Of a DNA stretch of 64,000 bases, positions 51,205-63,150 are shown piece by piece. The stretch's first letter is position 1; every line of letters begins with the position of its first letter. The stretch comes from Okamejei kenojei. Its lineage: Eukaryota. The position numbers and the translations under genes were made by a program. The stretch lies in assembly GCA_035221665.1 (NCBI GenBank), contig CM069153.1, positions 32,550,001-32,614,000 of the forward strand, written 5' to 3'. Below the pieces are notes generated by a model, which did not search any database, was not told where the DNA came from, and saw only the letters and a program-made list of their open reading frames with translations.

Positions 51205-52189
51205 TTTGTTTTAAATCTTGGTCTTTTTTTCATAAAGTTGGTTTGAGATGGGACAGGACCCAAGCTGCACCAGTTACCACTTCACCAGGCGGTCATATCA
51301 TTAAAGGTAATGATAATCTTCAACACAGCTAACTGATCAGTGTCTTTCTGTCACATTCAGTGACCCGCGTGTAAAGCCAAGAATTCCAGTTGATCTTTGT
51401 CCGACTTCACTTGCTGTAGTCTCGCTTTTAACACGGCTTCTAATCTTCTAATGTTAAATTGCTGACTTGAAATTTTGCAAACAGCAAACCACATTGAAAC
51501 TCGATGCAGATTTTACGTGAGAATGAATTCATTTTGGTATCCTTTGCTGTGGGTGCGGTGATGGGGGGGGGGGGGGGGGGGGGGGGGTGTAAGAACGGAT
51601 GTGCATTGTCCCTTTAACGAAAAGCAGACAATAACTCCCCCACCCAACTCATGTCCCTGGTGCGGTCCCATGTGTTTACAGTGACGCATCCTCCGTGCCT
51701 CGGCTTTCAGCTCGATCAGCACAAACAAGTGGAGGAAATAAAATACCAAACATAGCCCCAGCGTGTTACAGCTTGACAGTCAGACTGTGGTAACGCTATA
51801 CCAAACACATGTCAAAAACAAGACTGGGTCGATTGTGAAGCAAGAGATGTTTAGCAAGCTGCTCAACTTCCACTCTACAGGAATGCAGTTCAGCTTTTGT
51901 GACAAGTGAATCAGAATGTGCTAGTGCGTGACACACTCTCACCTGTCAGACCCACTTCCCTTCTCAGGCAGTCGCATAGGGGAAAACAAATGACTTGCTG
52001 CCGCTCTAGTCCGGAGGTAACACACTGCTCTATGCCAGGCCAGCAAACCCCGACACAGATGGGCTGGATAATTTTGAGGTGCTGCACCTTTTCTGACACT
52101 TAAATTGGGCTCCTGCAGGCTCCCATGAATGGAAACAAGATTTTCAAGGCCATCGTGAATTCTTCTTTATTTTGACTTCTCAGTCAAAA

Positions 52190-52700
52190 TTCTCCCATTG
52201 CATTTCTTTAAGGAGACTTTTGGAACAATCTTGAATTATTTGTTCTGTTCACTTAGTAACCTCTCGCCATGTCAGAGCTCAGTGTGGAATGCTTGCTTCA
52301 GGAATCTGGTATCAGGCATGCAAACAATGCAACTTCCCTAACGGAGCCCGGAATGCAATTAGACCCTCAACCTTAGTCTAGCTATTGGTCTAAAAATACA
52401 CCGACATTCTTATCAGTGGATTTGGATGATTTTGTGGAGATAGCATTCCTGATACTTTTCAGTGCTCTGAGATGCCTAGGTGCAGGTAGCCCCCCCATCT
52501 CATTATTGTACAGAGCAGCAGGAGTTGCGACTGTCCAGAAAATCACGAGCTTTGATCTGGGCTTGAGGCCTTGATCTTCGAACACTTTTCCTCAGTCATC
52601 CATACGGCCAGTAGTTCAGTGCAGATTTCAGTGATGTCTGTCTGTGGCGAGACAGACTCCCCAGACATGGGAAGTTATTCATTGTTTTAACAGGGTCCCC
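52190..52700 (-). mobile_element. Old RTE-clade fragment
   Basis: NFPCLGSLS and FEDQGLKPRSKLVIFWTVATPAALY. Confidence 0.7.
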
Positions 52701-53754
52701 TTGTGGACCTTTAGAGGCTGGTGCTCTCTGTTGGATTGTCTCAGAGGAAAACAGGCAGGCTGGTAGAAATTCTGTTTGTTGCAAGAGTTCTTCCTTTTAC
52801 TCAGGCACTCAGGCAAAACCATGGTACTGCACAGAAAGAGGGCATTTTGCACAGGGTCAGTGCAGGCTCTTAAACTGTCACCCTAATTGCCCATTTTCCA
52901 GAGTTTTTTCATGCCTATGGAAATACAAATTTCTTCCTCACAAAAATCCAATTTCGCGTTGAAAGTTAAACCTGAATACTTCCCACCTTGCTCTGAGAAG
53001 GCAGCTCGCCACAATCCATGGCCTAAAATAGACCTAATCTTTAAAAATAATTCCTCCTCCATGTAGCCTGGTCCCACACTGGCCACTGTCACACTCCCTG
53101 TAGTGACCACCTTGTATCTACAAATCTACACTTGCACCTGGCAATAATCCATTGCCTGGCAATTTACCTGGCAACAGAGTGCTTACCTCTATCGTAATAA
53201 GATGGAGAGTCTAGAAGGTCACCCTCTCCTCCCCTAAATTGTTGGTTAAAGAGAAAGTGACTCGCTACTCAAGAGAGATGCAGTCCATCTCAGAACATTC
53301 CTTGGGTACAATTCACTATCACGACTTAAAAAACCCAGTGTCGAGACGGTTAAGAGGTCATGTAGAAATCCTCTACCCACATCAGCTTGGCCTCATGTAC
53401 CAGCAAAGCCTGCTCAGTGACATGTTACCATCGCCTTCTGGACAGACACTGCTCCAAGCGAGTCTTCAGTCAGCAAATGTCAAATTCAACAGCCTAACCA
53501 CCAGTGACATCTGCCCAAAAATCAACAGTACCCATTGCAGCGACACGGATCACAGTAAATAATGCCGGGGTATGAAACTATTGACATCTAATTTAATGAT
53601 GGGGGAGGCACCAGAGGCAATGGGTCCCACCCAGACAGTTTTCTTCTCCTTTGCGCATTTCCAAAGTGTAAATAATGCAGAGAAAACTAACATTTTCATT
53701 TCCGTAGCAAGATCTGAACATGACATCCCAACTTTTTACTTTGTGTAAATTAAG

Positions 53755-53855
53755 TGTTAAGTGCAATCACCGTTAAATTAATGCAAGGAGCACAGCCGCC
53801 AGATTTTGCAGTGGAAAGTCCTACAAACAGCAGCGTGATAATGGGCAGGCAATCA
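53755..53855 (-). mobile_element. DeuSINE relic
   Basis: gtgcaatcaccgtt...cctacaaacagcagcgtgataatg. Confidence 0.45.
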
Positions 53856-54314
53856 TTTTGAAGGACAACCACTGGGCAGGTGACTGGGAAGAACTACTAC
53901 AGGATTGTTATAGCAACTTGAAGGACAGATAGCGTCTCCACTGAACATTTCAGTCACATGGCATGGGAACAGGATCTTCGGCCCACCAAGTTCACGTGCA
54001 ACCCCAATCAGATGGAGAACATGCCGATTCCACACAGACAGCTTCGCAGGTCAGAATTGAACTCGGGTCACTGGGAATGGGAGGCAGCAGCTCTACTCAC
54101 TGTGCCCTTCTGCAGGATTTTCAATGAAAGAATAGTGCCTCTGACAAAATTGTGCCAGCGGCCATGCTTGATCTGACGCTCATATCTCTGTGAAAAGACT
54201 GGAGTTCACATGCCTGGCTCAGATCACAACATTTACATCCTATTTCTATTGCCCGAGGTGTAACTGACCCGACCCAGTGCCACGCTGAGTAATACATGGC
54301 CAAAACAGATATTA

Positions 54315-54425
54315 TATTCATAAGTGATAGGAGCAGAATTAGCCCAATAGGCCCTTCAAGTCTACTCCGCCATTCAATCATGGCTGATCTAACTCTTCCC
54401 CCTAACCCCATTCTCCTGCCTACTC
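54315..54425 (-). mobile_element. CR1/HER1 extreme 3' end
   Basis: ataggagcagaattag...ccattcaatcatggctgatct. Confidence 0.8.
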
Positions 54426-55235
54426 TTCATTATCCCCGCCACCTAGATCCAGCATTGATCCCACAGCCGAGTTGAAGAGTTTGATCCCAGACAGGGGACA
54501 TTGGTTTTGGGAAGGGGGGGTCAGGAAGCCGCTCCCGATTGCTATCCAGTGGGCTCAGCGGCGAGATGCACCTTCAAAAACAGGACAGGGAATTGGACTC
54601 AGCTGTGATGCCCCAAGAAGCAAACATCCTGTGAACACACATTACCAAGGCTGAAGGGGAGTACTGCCCACATTGGAGAGATCCCATGAGGGTTGAACAA
54701 GATATTCTTAGAAACAGTGTCTGAAGGACGGCAAGGTGATGCTAGGAAGGTTGGTGGGATGATGTTTGGTAAAAGTTGGGTGGTGGGGGAGTTGGGTCTT
54801 ATTATGAAGTTTTACATTTTGAATATGCACTCTTATTATTATTATCCAACAAAGAACTGCTTCCTAATCCCACCTCTCTCTCAGATTTTCAGGGTCCCAT
54901 TGCATCCCGATGATAGCTTCAGTGTTGATCAACACACGAGACAGTTGGTCTTCACCGGCACCAGGCTTATTTAGTGTGAAATCACGGCCATGAAATCTGC
55001 AAATGCACTTTCTCTACGTTGCTCTTAATTTAGCTGTATGGAAATTCTAATGACAAGGTCCTACTTGTGAGATTGGAGGAACTGGGGCAGGACTGGAGCA
55101 ACTGGGATGAGGACAAGATGCTGCGATTCACTTCATCTGCCTCTCTTTCTGTGGGAGATGGTTGATGCCAGAATCCCTCCCGCGATGGCCTTAAACAGGA
55201 GGCAGGGTCTGGGAGGACCCTGCACTTGATAACTC

Positions 55236-55555
55236 AAAACTTGGAAAACTTGGAAAACTTTATTGTCATTCAGACCTTGCGGTCTGAACGAAATTTCGTT
55301 GCCTGCAGTCACACATATAGTAAATAACAAAACACACACTAAACACATATTTAACATCAACCACAGTGAGTTCACCAGACACCTCCTCACTGTGGTGGAA
55401 GGCAAAAATCTTGTCTTTGTCTCTTCCCTTCTTCCTCTTCCTCTGCGCTGAGGCGACCCGGGCCTCTGATGCTGTGACCGCACCGGGTGATGTAAATAAG
55501 TCCCGCGGGTGAACCGCGCTCCGCGAGCGGGCCGGTACAACTCCGCAGCCCTGGA
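55236..55555 (-). mobile_element. Non-coding element with Rex1-type tail, related to 36875-37590
   Basis: Minus strand ends atgacaataaa + (gttttccaa)n and shares an internal block with 37421-37475. Confidence 0.6.
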
Positions 55556-56231
55556 AAACACACTAACTGTTGATACAGCTGGAGGAATACCAGCATCGCG
55601 ATCCTTATCTTTGATGTCTGCAGAAAACAGGAGTATGAAAGAGGATCTAGATCCAAGAACTTAACTAATGTTTTAATTGAAGAGCTACTACTTCAGAAAA
55701 GAGCTGCCTCAAAATCCCATTTATGTAAAGATGATTCTCAAGGAGTCAGGAGTCGGACCTTGTCCAATCTTCTTTCTGCAGATAACACATTTCATGTTCA
55801 CATTTCCGTGCAAGGGAGACCAAGTGGAGGTACGTTTTCCATGGATTTCAATACCGTAAAATGCTTCATTTGTCAAATTCTGGGGCAAACAAATCAGCCA
55901 TCTGTGTTCAACTGCGAGTTTGGATAGAGTTGACTCTCATGCTTGGAGATTAGAGAAATTTTCATAATCAGGCAGTGCTGTTCAAGCATATCGACCTGCA
56001 TGGACATGGATGTGTGCGCTTCACCATAAAATTACAAAGAGTAGGCGTCAATGCCCCCAACTAATACCAGAAAGATGTCAGGAGCCGACAGCAGCTTCAT
56101 CAGTAAATGGAGCAAATTACCAAATGATCCAGTGGTTTAAGAAAGAACTGCAGATGCTGGAAAAAAATCGACTGCAGATAAAAATGGTGGAGAAGCTCAG
56201 CGGGTGAGGCAGCATCTATGGAGCGAAGGAA

Positions 56232-56268
56232 TAGGTGACGTTTCGGGTCGAGACCCTTCTTCAGGCTG
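56232..56268 (-). ncRNA. Minimal hammerhead-like motif in Penelope terminal repeat
   Basis: cagc CUGAAGA a GGGUC uc GACCC GAAA c GUC accua. Confidence 0.55.
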
Positions 56269-56560
56269 ATGTGGGGGTGGGGGCGGGAAGAAGAAAGGAA
56301 GAGGCGGAGACATTAGGCTGTGGGAAAGCTGGGATGGGGAGAAGACTGGAGAAAGCAAGGACTACCTGAAATTGGAGAAGTCACTGTTCATACCGCTGGG
56401 GTGTAAACTGCACAAGCGAAACATGAGGTGTTGCTCCTCCAATTTGCGGTGGGACTCACTCTGGCCATGGAGGAGGTCCAGGACAAAGAGGTCGGATTCG
56501 GAATGGGAGGGGGAGTTGAAGTGCTGAGCCACCGGGAGATCATGTTGGTTAATGCGAACT

Positions 56561-56763
56561 TATAAGGGAAGGTATCCCACGCCATTGTGGCATGAGTGGG
56601 GGACTGATTTGTGGAAACTTGGGAAAAAGAAAATGTCTAAACTGTATTGATCTATTGTACAGCCTCCGAAAATGTCGGATGGATTTTCCGCAAGGTTAAT
56701 GTATTGTATATATTTATCATTCGAATAAAGTATATTTTGAAATATAAAAAAAAAAAAAAAAAA
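56561..56763 (+). mobile_element. Poly(A)-tailed retro-insertion, probably an L1/Tx1 3' end
   Basis: AATAAA at 56724, A-tract 56746-56763, 18-bp TSD with 2 mismatches (56543-56560 / 56764-56781). Confidence 0.8.
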
Positions 56764-58289
56764 TGTGGGTTAATGCAAACTGAGAGGAGGGGTTGGGGAA
56801 AGCGATCGCCAAGCCTACGCTTGGTCTCACCGATGTACAGCAGTTGACACCTAGGACAGCGGATGCAATAGATGAGGTTGGAGGAGGTGCAGGTGAACCT
56901 CTGCCTCACCTGGAACGACTGCTTGGGTCCTTGAATGGAGTCGAGGGGGGAGGTAAAGCGACAAGTGTCGCATTTTCTGCGGTTGCAAGGGAAAGTACCA
57001 GGGGAAGGGGTGGTTTGGGTGGGAAGGGACGAATTGACCAGGGAGTTACAAACGGAGCGGTTTCTGCGAAAAGCCGAAAGGGGAGGAGATGGGAAGATGT
57101 GGCCAGTGGTGGGATCCCGTTGGAGGTAGAGAATATATCGGAGGATTATCTGTTGTATGTGACGGCTGGTAGGGTGGAAGGTGAGGACAAGGGGGACTCG
57201 GTCCTTGTCATGAGTGGGGGGGGGGGGGGGTGTGGATGGCGAGTGAGAGCGGAGCTACGGGATATAGAGGAGGGAGCAGTTTATCCGATGATCCAGAGGG
57301 AGCAAGACTTGCAAGTGGAGACGCAAGACAGTGGCCAAGCCCTGGGCAGGGGCTTGAAACCTCCGGATATAATCAACTTTGTCAGTTCGGAAGTGGCTGA
57401 GAGGCTTGTGGTTGGTGTGGTCTGTGTGTTAACAGCTTATGCTCTCAGCATTAATTACTCCGATGGGGCAGAGGCTGGGATACAAACGCGAGGGAGAATT
57501 CCTCCGGTGAGGGCAGGGGTGGGCAAGGCAATGGAGGAATATGAAATGAGCTTAGATGCACCTATATACCTCCGACACCATACTACTAACATCAATGAGC
57601 ACCAGTTCTCAACATCCCTGCCTACACACTGTCAGCTATCCTGAAACAAACAAGTTTTACTCTATATAAAAAACAAATAATTTTTCACTACAGACCTTGT
57701 GTAAACTGGCAAGTTTTTCCTCCCGGGACTACAGCACACTCGCAGCACTTTCCATATTGCATTTATATCAAGTACTCCATCATTCAGGGCAGTATTAAAC
57801 TGGGCATTGACAATGTTGACATTAAGGTCCACCGTCAGAGGACAAGAGACAGCTGCAGCAACTGTTGATTATTGCTACCTTAAATCGACAACCAAAATCA
57901 CCTGCTGATTCTGCGGCACTTGACAGCAACAGAATCGAGCGAGCACCATTAAAAAAAAAAGGTAAAAAAAAAACTAGGAGGTGAAGTTAAGCAGATGAGG
58001 CCAGACTAGACAGACTGGTTACGTTTCAGAACTTTACTGACCTGATGTGTCTGGATACACCAATGGGTATAGACCCTGCGACCTGAGAATTACTAAACAT
58101 AATCAGACTTTCACTCGCTTGACACAACTGATAGTTTTCATAAAACTTCCCATGTCCACGAAGAATAAAAAATAAATTATTAAACCAGCAGTCGCAAATC
58201 AGAGGCAACTCCTTTCAGAAAATCGTCTTATTGCAGACCTACACAAAATTCAAGCTGACTCTCAGATGGCTGCTGTTTAGTTTCCAATG

Positions 58290-58445
58290 TGAGAGAATGA
58301 GTCACACAGCACAGAAACAGATCCTCCAACCCACCATATGCACACCGGACCTTTAGCCCATCTTCACTCATTCCAGTTGCCTGCATTAGAGCTGTACCCT
58401 TCTATGCCTTGCCTATTTAAGTGCCTGTCTATATACCTCTAAAGG
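58290..58445 (-). mobile_element. Old CR1 3' end
   Basis: cacagcacagaaacag...ttgcctgcatta...ccttctatgccttgcctatt. Confidence 0.55.
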
Positions 58446-59356
58446 CAGCAAACAACAGTCTACATCCTTTACTCAATGTTCAAACTACCAAGCTACAATG
58501 ACAGACCCAAGGTAGAAACGGTTAAGGTCTTGGATTGCAGACAGCGTATAATGCCATAAACTAAACAATGTGACATCCAGAATTGTCTCGTGTCCTTCCT
58601 ACTCTAACTCAGGGAGCGTCTCCTGCACAATATCCGCCATGTTATTGACAAAACCAGCTGTGTCATCAGCTGTCCAAACACAACGGGCCAGAGTACCTTT
58701 ACTGCAAACTATTCAACTACCATGTTGCAGTGTCCACATTTCTGACGCAATTCATTGGCAGCAAACTATCCTGGGCCAGGAAAGATGTTAAATCAAGGCA
58801 AAACATTTTCTAACTGCATTTAAGGGATTGTTCCATGATTGGTACTTGGCAATAAAGTACTCACAGAAAATGGTAAATTAGGAAAACAAACTGAAGCCAA
58901 CAAAATTCACATTAGCTGACGGTGGAAATAAAAGTAATATTTCCCATTAGCATCCTGCCAATTTGCTTTCCATCAGCTTCTATGAACCAGTTCCTGACTG
59001 TTTAGTTAAAATATGTGTCTCACATCTGAGAAATGGTTCCCATTGTTGGGTGCGAGAACCCATACACGTAATCCCTTTAATGCAAGGGAGTTCAGCAACA
59101 CACAAGTCTGTGGGGGCGGGAGATGGGGCGGGGAAATGGAAATAAAAAGCAGTTCACACCAGAGAAAGAGGCATCACTTGGCGTGCTTTAGAGCTTTATA
59201 GTAAATATGGGCTTTAAGGAATTTTATGCTTACGGCCAAAAAGCAAACTCAGAGGCTCAGAGGCATAACGGTACAGCATTTAGTGCTCCTGTGTCACAGC
59301 TCCAGGGACCCAGTTTCGATCATGACCCAGGAAAACCTCAACACGAAAGCTTTCAA

Positions 59357-59560
59357 TCAGAAAACAAAGTGCTGGAATAACTCAGCGGCTCACGCAGCAT
59401 CTCCGGTGGACATGGATAGCCAACGTTTCAGGTCAGGGCCCTTCTTCAGAAGGAGGGTCTGACACGAAACATCACCTATCAACCTTCTCCAGAGGTGCTG
59501 CCTAACCTGCCGAGTTACTCCAGTATTTTGTGTTTTACTCAAGACTGCAGTTCTTTGTGC
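59357..59560. mobile_element. Fold-back Penelope terminal-repeat remnant
   Basis: aaagtgctggaataactcagc...cccttcttcag followed by aaggagggtctgacacgaaacatc...gagttactccagtattttg. Confidence 0.8.
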
Positions 59561-59990
59561 GTCCAAGCTTTTGATCACTTGTCTCTTTGTACAGTTGCGT
59601 GGTATATTGTATTGGATAACATTCCCTTGCTACAACTATATATGCTATAATCAGGTCCAGAAATGCAAGTCATTGCTTTGACCGCTCCTAGTAACAATTT
59701 TCCATATCTCCAAGATTATCGATTGTGGCCTAGAGTGCTAGTTAAACTTTCAGTTATGTGCCCAAGGTAATGAATCTATTAATCCTAGGGTGTTAATTGC
59801 TTTTCGCAATGGGAATGATCAGCACCACATTGGAAAGTTTTTGTATTTTGAGTAACCTCTCCATTCCCCTTCTAGATCAAGTTCTTAAAAGTTTACCGTA
59901 AACTACTGAGTGGATATTTAATGGACAAATGAACCACAAATAAGGATGCTCCCTCTGAAACTGGTGCAAGTAGAACTCTGTTTTTTGTAT

Positions 59991-60300
59991 AGTTTAGAGA
60001 TACAGCACGGAAACAGGCCCTTCGGCCCACCTGGTCAGCGCCAACCAGCGATCCCCGCACATTAACACTATCCCACACCCACCAGGGACAATTTTTACAT
60101 TTACCCAGCCAATTAACCTACAAACCTATACGTCTTTGGAGTGTGGGAGGAAACCGAAGATCGCGGAGAAAACCCACGCAGTTCACGGGGAGAAGGTACA
60201 AACTCCGTACAGACAGCGCCCGTAGTCAGGATCGAACCCGGGTCTCCGGCGCTGCATTCGCTGTAAGGCAGCAACTCTACCGCTGCACCACCGTGTTCCC
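59991..60300 (-). mobile_element. Full-length young V-SINE (HE1-like)
   Basis: Head acacggtggtgcagcggtagagttgctgcc, B-box gggttcgatcc, complete V-domain, tail tgtatctctaaact. Confidence 0.93.
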
Positions 60301-60414
60301 ACTGTAGATCCTACACAACCTACAGTCCAAGGTATCAGAGTAGGAAGGAGGAATTTGTGTAGCTCAGGGCTGGTCAACATTTAGAAGAATGGAAGTGGGA
60401 TGGAACAACAGCAA

Positions 60415-60690
60415 TGGGGCAGCACGATAACACAACTAGTAAAGCAGTGGCCTCGCGGCTCCAGAAGCCTGGGTTCAAGGTATCATCCGTGTCGTTTTTT
60501 CATTCTACCTGTGAGTGCGTGTTTCCTCCAAGTGCTTTGGTTTCCTTCCACTGGTCACTGCCGACAAGCGGTAGAATTCGGCAGGAGTTAATGGGAATGA
60601 GGGGAAGATTAATACAGGATAAATGTAAATGGGCACTTGATGGTCAGCATAGACATGTTGCACCGGATGGCCTATTGCTGTACTCACACT
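60415..60690 (+). mobile_element. Old V-SINE
   Basis: gggcagcacgata...cctgggttcaag...gtttcctccaagtgctttggtttcct. Confidence 0.65.
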
Positions 60691-61164
60691 CTATCTACCC
60701 ATGAAAGAGGGAAATAAAAAGTGGAAGAAATATATGAAGTTGCTGAGAATAAAGTTGGACATGGACTGGATCTCAAAGCCTGCTAGAATTCAACAAATTG
60801 CTGTTTTGCGCCTGGACCCATGTTTATTTGGATAATTCTAAAGGATTAATAATCAAACATGTTCAATTCCATTCTGTCGGATTTGCCTCTCATTTCAACT
60901 TTGTTCATCTCCAGTTGCCCCCTGTTGGATTGAACCAAAAGCTGTGCGCCCCTGCAATCAAACCAACCACCGCCTAGCCAGATACTGTGCTCATTTATTT
61001 GAAAACTAAACAAGGTCTTCCTTATTGGCCAAGGGTACCAAGTACAAAGGCTCATTCTCCGATCTCCCTGCCAATGAATATAACAAAAGCAGCAGAAAGC
61101 TTCAAAAGATCAGACTCGCGGGCTTGCACTGCCCTGCAAGTTAAGCGAGGATCGGGTTACTCAC

Positions 61165-61258
61165 TGTTTTTCGAAGCCTTGATCTTGGCCAACAACTTCT
61201 GTGCAGACGGCATGTCGCCGTTCTTCGCTGCCTGCACCAGGTCCAGCTCTCGCCCCAT
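61165..61258 (-). CDS. CASKIN2: CASKIN2 (CASK-interacting protein 2) first coding exon, 94 nt, phase-1 donor
   Basis: Minus strand ATG at 61258 gives MGRELDLVQAAKNGDMPSAQKLLAKIKASKN followed by A|GTGAGT. It aligns by eye to the human CASKIN2 N-terminus [31 protein letters not shown] better than to CASKIN1 ([23 protein letters not shown]). It lies in a CpG island. Confidence 0.9.
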
Positions 61259-61810
61259 GTTCGGACAGTCAGCGTGTGCGTCCTCTTCCCGGGACCAAAC
61301 CTCACCCCCTCGCCGCTTCCCCTTCGTTACATTGCTTTGACCGAAGGCCGCCCAGGCAGCCAAACCCGAACGCACAAGCACACACACATCGGGGACCGTG
61401 GCCCGGGAGCTCCTGGAGACCAGCAAGGGTGAGACTCCGGTCAACTGCGGGTGGAGGGCGGCTCGCACACTCTCACACTCTCACACTGCCGTGAGCGCTG
61501 TGTGTGCCCGCCCGCACCCACACCGGCGCGGCGGCGACGTTGCACCGGGATTTCTCGTTGGCATTTGCCGCTTTGCCACTCCGCCTTCTGGATCCAGAGA
61601 AGGAGTTTAACCCATGCCCTGCTGATGTCCCACCAACACAACCCGTCAGTCGATCGCAGCCTGGGGAATGGAGAGACACAGCGATAAGTTCAATACATTT
61701 ATCCAATCGCCACCCATCCAATATCCTGACAACACGACTCATTTTGGGGCGACCTCTTGTATAACTTCACGGCGATGACGCCGGGCGGCTCTGGCCACTT
61801 GTTCCAAACC
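61259..61810 (-). other. CASKIN2: Predicted 5'UTR part of the ATG-containing CASKIN2 exon
   Basis: Candidate acceptor (GT)17-CCAG|G at 61811/61810 on the minus strand. Exon extent is inferred without transcript data. Confidence 0.5.
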
Positions 61811-61812
61811 CT

Positions 61813-61814
<2 letters not shown>

Positions 61815-61848
<34 letters not shown>
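61815..61848. repeat. (AC)17 microsatellite
   Basis: Direct reading. Confidence 0.97.
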
Positions 61849-61850
<2 letters not shown>

Positions 61851-62436
61851 GAATACAGTGCGCTGCGAAACCTGGCGTCGCGGACACTGACAACGGTGTC
61901 AATACCAACAGCGGCGTCACCACTCACCCCCTCCACACGAGCGTGGGGGCAACTAGACACACACTCACGGGACACGGGGGTAACGCACCCTCACCCACCC
62001 AGACCCCGGGCAACGGGCACACACCACCCCCCTCCCCTCCCCTCGGGAACGCACGCACACCCACCCACCCACAGGATGCCGAGACACCCACCACCCATAG
62101 AGAACACAGCCCAACGACCCACCGCCCACAGAGACCACAGCCCACGGCCCGGGAGGGTGGGTGGAGGTGGATTCCCAGCGGGAACACACTGCACCGGGAT
62201 CGCGACTCAGAACCCCCCCCCCCCTCTCCCCACCCCCCTCACCCCCACCCAGCAGCCTGGGAATACCCCACACCCCGGCGCAAACAAACCCGCACCAGAA
62301 ACACGCCGGGGGGGGGGGGGGACGAGGGTGAACCACCCCCTGTTGGGAACGTCACCCCTTTCCCCCTGGACCCCGGGAGAGGCGCCCACTCCATCCTCCC
62401 CAGACCCTGGCGGCTCCCTCACCGGGATAACACCCT

Positions 62437-62484
62437 CCACCCCCACCCCCACCCCCCACCCCCACCCCACCCCCACCCCCACCC
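62437..62484. repeat. Imperfect (CCCCCA)n repeat
   Basis: Direct reading; G-rich on the minus strand. Confidence 0.9.
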
Positions 62485-62860
62485 GCACTCCGAGGGCAGC
62501 CAGTCCCCTGCACCGAGGTGGGGGCACCTTTTCACGGGCTCTGCCCAGGATAGGACGGGAACAATTCAGGCACCTCCAGACCTCTTCCAATAATTTCCTC
62601 CGAGGAATCCCAAACTTTGCCGAGGTGGGATCCCGGAGGAACGGACAGAGCGGGTCAGACCAGGGGGGGTGGGGGGGGGGGGGGGGGGAGCGGGTCAGAC
62701 CGGGAGAGGGCTTCCCCTTCCCCGCACGGAGTACACGGTGAGGAAGGAGGGAAGGCTCCAGCATGGGATGAGCCGGGAGCCTGGCAGAGAGTGCGGTGAA
62801 AAGTAGTTACAATGGAACTGGGCAACAAAACCCAGCGCTCACGCACCGCCAGCCACTCAC

Positions 62861-63150
62861 CCGGAGCCGCGTCCCGCAGCAGAATAGTCCTCAACCTGAA
62901 CCCGGGCGAACACCAGCTACCCGTATCGGCTCGGCCCGGCCCGGCTCGGCTCGAACCCCGGCCCGGCTGGCAGTCTGTGCCTCCCAGACGCTCCAGGCAG
63001 CAGCGCTCCCTCCGGATCACGGCGCCTCTCCCAGCCGCGATCTCTGGTCCCGGCGAGTTTCAATGCCAACTCTCTGCCACATTATCACCTGGACAACGAG
63101 GAAGCAGCCGGAACTCCCTCCCTCCCTCCCTCCCTCCCCCGACACCCGAC
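62861..63150 (-). other. CASKIN2: Predicted non-coding first exon of CASKIN2
   Basis: Strong donor CGG|GTGAGT (plus-strand actcac 62855-62860) at the edge of the most CpG-dense block. The 5' end is a guess. Confidence 0.45.

Larger units (their letters stand above)
56135..57270 (-). mobile_element. Penelope-like element 3' part (GIY-YIG) with nested poly(A) insertion
   Basis: RQRFTCTSSNLIYCIRCPRCQLLYIGETKRRLGDRF; terminal repeat at 56135-56270. Confidence 0.9.
1..61164 (-). other. Large CASKIN2 intron (continues past window start)
   Basis: Starts at the GTGAGT donor. I could not find the expected next exon (about KLLGSTKRLNVNYQDxDG) by eye, and the region is repeat-dominated. Confidence 0.6.

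Noticed and set aside
56793-57644. 283-aa plus-strand ORF
   Set aside because: The first half is the antisense frame of the Penelope GIY-YIG region and the rest has no recognisable homology.
61757-62764. Long overlapping Pro/Gly/His-rich ORFs (278, 281 and 185 aa)
   Set aside because: Low-complexity products of a stop-poor CpG island with microsatellites; open in several frames on both strands; no recognisable domain.
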